Of a DNA stretch of 64,000 nucleotides, positions 58,006 to 64,000 are shown piece by piece (position 1 is the stretch's first letter; the number at the start of each line of letters is the position of its first letter). The position numbers and the translations under genes were made by a program. This DNA comes from Botryllus schlosseri (Eukaryota), in assembly GCA_051294905.1 (NCBI GenBank), contig CM119375.1, forward strand, positions 19,530,001-19,594,000. The letters run 5' to 3'. Below the pieces are notes generated by a model. It had not been told where the DNA came from and did not search any database. It was given only the letters and a program-made list of their open reading frames with translations.

Positions 58006-60822
58006 ATGCGAAGGATGTTGAAAGCATTCAAAAGGAAAAAGCCGTCAGAAGCAACAGACGAACTCAAACAAGGGATTACCTTGCTTAAAGCTACACAAAA
58101 ACGCCATGAAGATGTCCGGCGACAAGAAAGACAACTGGCTAAGGACGTGGCTGAACAGACAGAGCTATTGAAAGAGGTAAAGACAGCTCTGCCGGAAACC
58201 ATGAAAGGGTTAGAAAAGGCAAAGAAAGAGGTTCGAAAAGCTCAAGCAGACCTCAAAGCTGTTTGTGATGCCACAACAAAAGTTAGCGGAAAGGTCTCCA
58301 CCGACGTGCTGAATGACATCCTTAAGTCAGAGTTCGAGCTCGGAAGGTCGCATGCTCAGGCTACGCGAGATAGCGTCCAATCTCCCGTTTTGACAGTAAC
58401 TCCCAATGCACCAGAACATGATCCTCCGGCTTACGTCCCGCTCGCTGAGCAGCCGTCGGATAATGTACAACCAGGACCAACAATGACGGTCCGTAAGGGT
58501 CTGGATTGTCATACTGTGACGGCTGTCTATCCTAAATTACCACGTTCTGATTCATCCTCGTTGTCAGACTCTCAAATAGGGACGACACCATGCTTCCATA
58601 TTGGCAGTGGTGCGCGCCCCAAACAAAAAGACGGTAACCCAACAACGATGGGAACAAGGGCGAAACCTGCAAAAAGTTCCTTGAGTAACTATAGGGGATA
58701 TCAAGGTTGGCAAGAAGGCCGCAATTCGAAGACAGAATCACGTATAAAAGCGGATGGCGCTTCACAACGTGTTACCTTTCGTAGTCCAGGCGAGGAACAA
58801 TCTGCCGCAGAAGACAGTGAGGTCGACTTTCAGACTCGATTAAAGCATCTTTCCAAAGAATTAAGAGATAATATAAGGTCTCTACGGGGCGGTGCCAGCC
58901 CTCAGGATTCTGCGGATGAATCTAGCGAGGAGGAACCTGCCGATATCTCTCGTTCTCCTGATACACCTCGCGCTACCTCCACTCCAAAAGAGTATGGGGG
59001 AAGGACTAGGCGACAACGGCAGCAACAGCTACATAAGAATTCTGGTGGTTTTGCCCCAGTACTTAATGTATCTGCTAAAATCCAGTCAGAAAAAGAAATG
59101 CTTCAGCTTATGATGGACCCTGGGGACATGCCACTGCTAAAATGGATGGAGAATTCGATGCGAAGAATACGCCACGGTCCTGGAAATACGGATGTGGATG
59201 TTATTTTGGCTAATGCACTGCAGAAGAAATTGAGGGCTGCTGGTCGACACAAACAGGCTACCCAACTGGGAAATTTTTTTAATACCAATTCGGGGGAAGC
59301 AGAATGGGAATCGGTGATGCGATCTCTTTCCTTGTCCAATCCCCAGGGTTTGGTAAATGACGAAAAGATCATTGGAGAATTCCGCAGAAATTATCGCTGG
59401 GAGGATGAGCCGCTACCTCGGCTGAATAGCGCCTTGAAGCAACTAGAAATAGACATGGATAGTCTTATTGAGGATAATCCAGATGGATTACGTCTTTTCC
59501 GAAATTTACGACAACGCCTTCCGGAAGCGCTCAGACTGATGTTGCGAGGCTGGGAAGAGGATAAAACTTGGCGGGACGTTGCGGAGGAACTACAACTTGT
59601 TTGGAACTCCGAGTTCCTGGATGAACAAGAGACACGCCCCAGGTATCAGGAAACAAAGGAAGTCCTTGATACAAAACCGTCATTGCCGCCAGTACACATT
59701 TATAATGTTCAACCTGCAGGACAAATAGTGCACAGTTATCCCACTCATGGAAGAGAGGACAGTCAGCTCAACACTCCTCCTCCACCTGGTGACACCCCAC
59801 CGCCGGTGGTACAATCACCCTCGCCCCTACAACCACTGAATAACTTTGGGGGGGCAACACCTCCTGGATCACCTAGGGGGATCTCACCGCGTCAGCTTGC
59901 TAATGCAGACCAGGTACCGTTACAACGTCGGAATCCTCAACGTAAAGCACGCAACAATCGATTTCCCACCCGCATCATGAATGGTAATGGAGTTGGTAGG
60001 CGTGGACAAGGCCCGAGGGCCAGGCCAGTACACCAACAGGATGGGCGTAACGCATCATCGAGACCTAACGGACAGCCAACAAGAACAACAAGATCTTCAC
60101 GCGCTAGTCCAGGACCGGAAACCGCAAACCGAAGTCCGCGAGTGGCGAATACGCAAGATTCCGGGATGGGTGCAGACAACTCACAAATTACGCCGTCCAG
60201 CAGCCAGGAAGCCCGCAACATTGCGGATAGTCAAGGTGAGAGATACAATTTTCTTGGAAACCCGAATATTTTCGCTCCTCTAGGATTGTATCTAAATCCC
60301 ACTCAGGGACAATCCCTGTCCGTTTGTTACTACTGTAAGGCACCGGGACATCAATCCCGAAATTGCGTGGCTAAGTTCATACTGTGGCTAAACGATAAGG
60401 TTCTTGCTAGGGATGAGGAATTAGGATGGGTAATTCGTGGGCGAGCACGACCTGTACCCCCTCATGTTAAAGAATCTGCAGAACGAAACTGGAAACCGTT
60501 CCTTGCGAGAAATAACATACTAACAATTGAAGGACTTGATCGATATCTGGCTGCTCAAGGTTCACCCTCGTTTACACAGAGGACCGCTCTGTGCGAAGCC
60601 TATTATGATACCAGACCAAAAAACCGAGATAGAACCCACTGGCATGATAGGGATCAATGGGGTCCTCATGGACCACCTGCACGTCCATCTGGGGGAAATA
60701 CCCAAGTGGCCTGGACGAAACCTCAATATCATGATCGGCCGCGTCAATATGATGCTTCATATTGGACGGACGAGGAACTGAATCAAGGTATACGACTTTC
60801 AAAAAACGCCTTGGGGTGCTGA
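58006..60822 (+). CDS. gag: Gag-like polyprotein, 938 aa
   Basis: Position between PBS and pol; N-terminal coiled coil; PPAY and YPKL motifs; CYYCKAPGHQSRNC zinc knuckle (60325-60366). Confidence 0.88.
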   Translation: MRRMLKAFKRKKPSEATDELKQGITLLKATQKRHEDVRRQERQLAKDVAEQTELLKEVKTALPETMKGLEKAKKEVRKAQADLKAVCDATTKVSGKVSTDVLNDILKSEFELGRSHAQATRDSVQSPVLTVTPNAPEHDPPAYVPLAEQPSDNVQPGPTMTVRKGLDCHTVTAVYPKLPRSDSSSLSDSQIGTTPCFHIGSGARPKQKDGNPTTMGTRAKPAKSSLSNYRGYQGWQEGRNSKTESRIKADGASQRVTFRSPGEEQSAAEDSEVDFQTRLKHLSKELRDNIRSLRGGASPQDSADESSEEEPADISRSPDTPRATSTPKEYGGRTRRQRQQQLHKNSGGFAPVLNVSAKIQSEKEMLQLMMDPGDMPLLKWMENSMRRIRHGPGNTDVDVILANALQKKLRAAGRHKQATQLGNFFNTNSGEAEWESVMRSLSLSNPQGLVNDEKIIGEFRRNYRWEDEPLPRLNSALKQLEIDMDSLIEDNPDGLRLFRNLRQRLPEALRLMLRGWEEDKTWRDVAEELQLVWNSEFLDEQETRPRYQETKEVLDTKPSLPPVHIYNVQPAGQIVHSYPTHGREDSQLNTPPPPGDTPPPVVQSPSPLQPLNNFGGATPPGSPRGISPRQLANADQVPLQRRNPQRKARNNRFPTRIMNGNGVGRRGQGPRARPVHQQDGRNASSRPNGQPTRTTRSSRASPGPETANRSPRVANTQDSGMGADNSQITPSSSQEARNIADSQGERYNFLGNPNIFAPLGLYLNPTQGQSLSVCYYCKAPGHQSRNCVAKFILWLNDKVLARDEELGWVIRGRARPVPPHVKESAERNWKPFLARNNILTIEGLDRYLAAQGSPSFTQRTALCEAYYDTRPKNRDRTHWHDRDQWGPHGPPARPSGGNTQVAWTKPQYHDRPRQYDASYWTDEELNQGIRLSKNALGC

Positions 60823-60844
60823 TTGATCCGGTGAATCAGCTCCC
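60801..60844 (+). other. Programmed -1 ribosomal frameshift signal
   Basis: A_AAA_AAC heptamer in gag frame (60801-07), 5-6 nt spacer, stem GGG.GCTGATT / AATCAGC.CCC; pol is in the -1 frame. Confidence 0.85.
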
Positions 60845-63800
60845 AGACAATTTAATAATTCAACATACAAAAACTGTACATAACTCATCATTACCCTTAT
60901 TTACATTTCTTGATATGCCGGATGACCCCCTACAGCCCGACTTTACGGAATTGTTTGGAGGCCAGTTGTTGTATTTAATTGATACAGCGACTGGTACAAA
61001 ATTCCTAGCTGACACGGGGAGCATCCCCAATTTGATAATGAAAAAGGTCGTTATAACTAAATATCCACGAAGCTGGGAAAAACGTCAACCAATAGACATG
61101 GCATTAACTGGAATAGGTGGCTCGTCCCAAGTGGACTCTTTTGTAGTGATTGATATTGGTGGACTGCCCGTTCCATTTGTAACCGGACCAGGAGTCCCAC
61201 TTAATATCGTAGGGCTGAAATGGATTGAGGAAGTCCAACAATTACCAGGCGTAACTACGGAATTCAAAACCCCGTCTAACGCAAATGAGGAGCTGTCTTT
61301 AGCATCATTACTCGAAGGGAATCATTATGACCAAGGTAACGGAACCGAAGTTGGAAGCAGTACTAGCTACACTGTAACCAACGATGGGTTGATGGATGCT
61401 GCAAACCAATTTAGCGTGGAGCGGAAAATGGCCGTTGGCGCGAGTACCGAGATGGAAATAACCACTGGTGCGAGCGACGAGTTGAAATTAGCAACTTACG
61501 TCACACAGAACCCATGGGAAACTATAGGTGTTGAGACAGGAATGCCTGCTGACACCGTTAAGGAAGACGTCGAGCGTGGAATCCCCGCTGGCGTAAAGAT
61601 GGACCTGCACGAGAAAACTGGTCCAGAACACTCTCGCGGATGCACTTATCCGGATGACGATAGGAATCTGGCCCATAGTTGCATGGCGACTACTACAACT
61701 GACATCCAGAGCGAAATGTCCTCTGGCGAAAATAAAGACCTGCATGAGAAAACTGGTCCTAAGTGCCTTCGTGGATGCACTTGTCCGAATAACCTTAATG
61801 ATTCGGCCCATAGTTGCATGACGACAGCCGCAGTAATGAGTACTTTCCCAAAAGGTTCAAACGAAGCAGCAATTGCCGGTCAACCGGATGTACATCCGGA
61901 CATGTCCGACAAGGAGTCTGGGGATTTTATGATGCACGTCTCCCCAGAAAAAGGGTCCCCGGCGGAAAAGGAGTCCGTCGGCGTGACGGTAGGTGCGGGC
62001 ACGCGCCGAGATCAGAGGCCTACATCGAAGGACCTCGCCCTCTCTCCACCAACACCAACAACTCGGTCATCACGAATCTCAAATCAGCCTATGGCTGGGC
62101 CAGTAACCACGTATGTTTTGCAGAAAGACACTCACCCGCGAGTCAAGACGGAACTTGAGGATCTCTGCGCAAAATCCGTGGCGCTGGCCAAACTCCCATA
62201 CAAACCTCCTGATCTGACGACTCCAGAAAACACCATTATTGCTGATGATGTTTGGAAAGCCGTCTACACACCGTTCGCGTCTGAACTCGAGGACCTGCGA
62301 GGCCATCTTGGCGGCCCGCAAACCATGAAATACAAATGCGACATCGAGCTTAAAGATCCCTCGACGAAACCGTTTGTGTCTGGTCCTTATAATCTGAAGG
62401 GGAAGGGCCAGGCGAAAGCATTAAAAGAAGCGGTAGACAATTTCCTGGATTTGGGCGTCATTGAACGAGGCTTTGCCGAATGGAAGTTGGCTATATTTGT
62501 GGTCCCTCAGAAAATGAATGAGAGACAGAAACAGGAGGATGGATGGAAGCAGGCCTGGAGAGTAGTACAGAATCTCCAACCCCTTAATGCGGCCATAAAA
62601 TCAATAGAAGTACCTCCACCTCTTGTACCGGACGTAAAGCAGCTCGCCCAAGGCAGAGAAGTGCTTTCTCTCCTTGATTTGAAGAAGGCCTATTTCCACA
62701 TGGACGTAACGGAAAGGTCTAAACAATATGTGGGCATAGCCATCAAAGGAATGCACGTAAGATGGCGTAAGATGCCGATGGGGCTAAAGACCGCGGTGGC
62801 TCTTTGGTCTGCGAATATGCAAGAATGTGTGGTGAAACCTATCACGGAAAAATACCAACAACACATGAAACAAGTTGGCAGGACAGATGAGGAGAATGCG
62901 ACGCCTATGGAGGCCTACATAGACGACATTTTTCTCAGCACAAGAACGGTAGAAGACCACTTACTGCTGCTACGCATGGTATTTGAACAGCTCGCCAAGA
63001 TGAAACTGACGGTTAGCATCAATAAGTGTTTCATTGGAAAGCGAAAAGTGAACCTTTTGGGGGCAACCTTGACGGGGAAAGAAATTGAGGTTCAGCCCGA
63101 AAGATTAAGGGCTTTACGCGAACTCTCACCACCCCACAATGTATACGAGTTAAGGGGGTGGATTGGCGCACTTCGCTATATTTCGGAACATATTCCTGAG
63201 TTAAGCTTGAAGCTGGCCAAATTCGATGCGCTGACAGGCAAGGTCCCTGCGACACAAGGACGAGTGACGCCTGTGCTATGGACCAACGAATTACTGCAGG
63301 ACTTCAAAACGGCACAAGCAGCCCTCGAAGATGCTAAGGTTCTGTATCATCTGGATCCAAATCTTTCCATTTTTGTGGAAACGGACGCTTCAGATATTGG
63401 ATTTGGATCAATTATTTTCCAGACGGAAAAAGGGTGTAAACCACCGTTCGGAAAGGTTTACCCAATTGCTTACTACAGCCAAAAGTGGGCGACTCCAACG
63501 GCAAAGGCTTATGACCCATGTACAAAAGAATTGAAAGCCCTAAAAGATTCGGTGGAAAAATGGCAATCAATGTTGAGAGCCTTACCCTTTACAATAATTA
63601 CTGATAATACTGGGGTTTTTGGGCTCCTCAAAAGAATGACGGACAAAGCGAAAAATCCAAGCCCAAAACCCCTAATTCAGAGGTGGCTCAATCATCTAGC
63701 AGGATTCCAAATAAAGGAGGTAATTCATCTAAGTACGATGCAGGTATTTACGTCAGATGGATTGTCCCGTTCTTATTGGATGGAGATGGCTGCGGGAGAA

Positions 63801-64000
63801 GATGATCCACATGTTTGGGCGACGATTCCCAAGAAAAAGGGCGTTTCGAACCGACATAAAAGACCCCGACCGGAAAAAATACAGCAGATACTGATGTATC
63901 ACTGTCGACATGAACTTTGCGACAACTCGGTGAACGGGTTCCATCCTTGGGAAGATATTTGCAGTATCTTTCAAAAGAAAACTGGTGAACAAATGGAAAT
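60801..64000 (+). CDS. pol: Pol polyprotein, 3'-incomplete: aspartic protease, long spacer, reverse transcriptase, RNase H
   Basis: Not in the ORF track; translated by hand with no stop over ~1066 codons. FLADTGS (61011), LDLKKAYFH, MPMGL, YIDD (62916-27), TDAS/KEL/ITDN/RW..L/DGLSR. Integrase not reached. Confidence 0.95.

Larger units (their letters stand above)
24879..64000 (+). mobile_element. Giant env-bearing Ty3/gypsy-type LTR retroelement / endogenous virus, >39 kb, right end outside the window
   Basis: Starts TGT at a MITE breakpoint; all long ORFs are on +; env genes, accessory cluster, CA-ended LTR core, tRNA-Ile PBS, gag, frameshifted pol. Unity of the whole block is inferred. Confidence 0.75.

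Noticed and set aside
25550-63992. Minus-strand and overlapping short ORFs within the element
   Set aside because: Shadows of the long + strand ORFs.

Overview
Eukaryotic (invertebrate animal, plausibly tunicate; not provable here) genomic DNA in two parts. (1) 1-24.9 kb is host DNA: dense nested hAT-type MITEs with 8-bp TSDs, tRNA-derived SINEs, a 3' LINE fragment, a microsatellite, an assembly gap, and intron-containing C-type lectin and lectin/Ig genes. (2) From ~24,879 to the window end is one large, same-strand, intron-poor, retrovirus-like insertion that interrupts a host MITE. In order it carries a Merlin/IS1595-type DDE transposase, a class I fusion Env, a paralogous mucin-stalk glycoprotein, ~10 kb without long ORFs, and about 15 accessory ORFs (3-BIR/RING IAP, UBE2D-like E2, LRR surface protein, a second Merlin transposase, a WRPW protein and three novel paralog families). 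Only after these come a TATA/AATAAA LTR core ending in CA, a 20-nt tRNA-Ile PBS, a small membrane ORF, gag (late domains, CCHC) and a -1 frameshifted Ty3/gypsy-type pol (PR-RT-RH, open to the window edge). Env and accessory genes lie upstream of the PBS, so the simplest reading is a giant (~32.6-32.8 kb) gene-carrying LTR. The right end of the element is outside the window, so this is a testable inference, not a demonstration.
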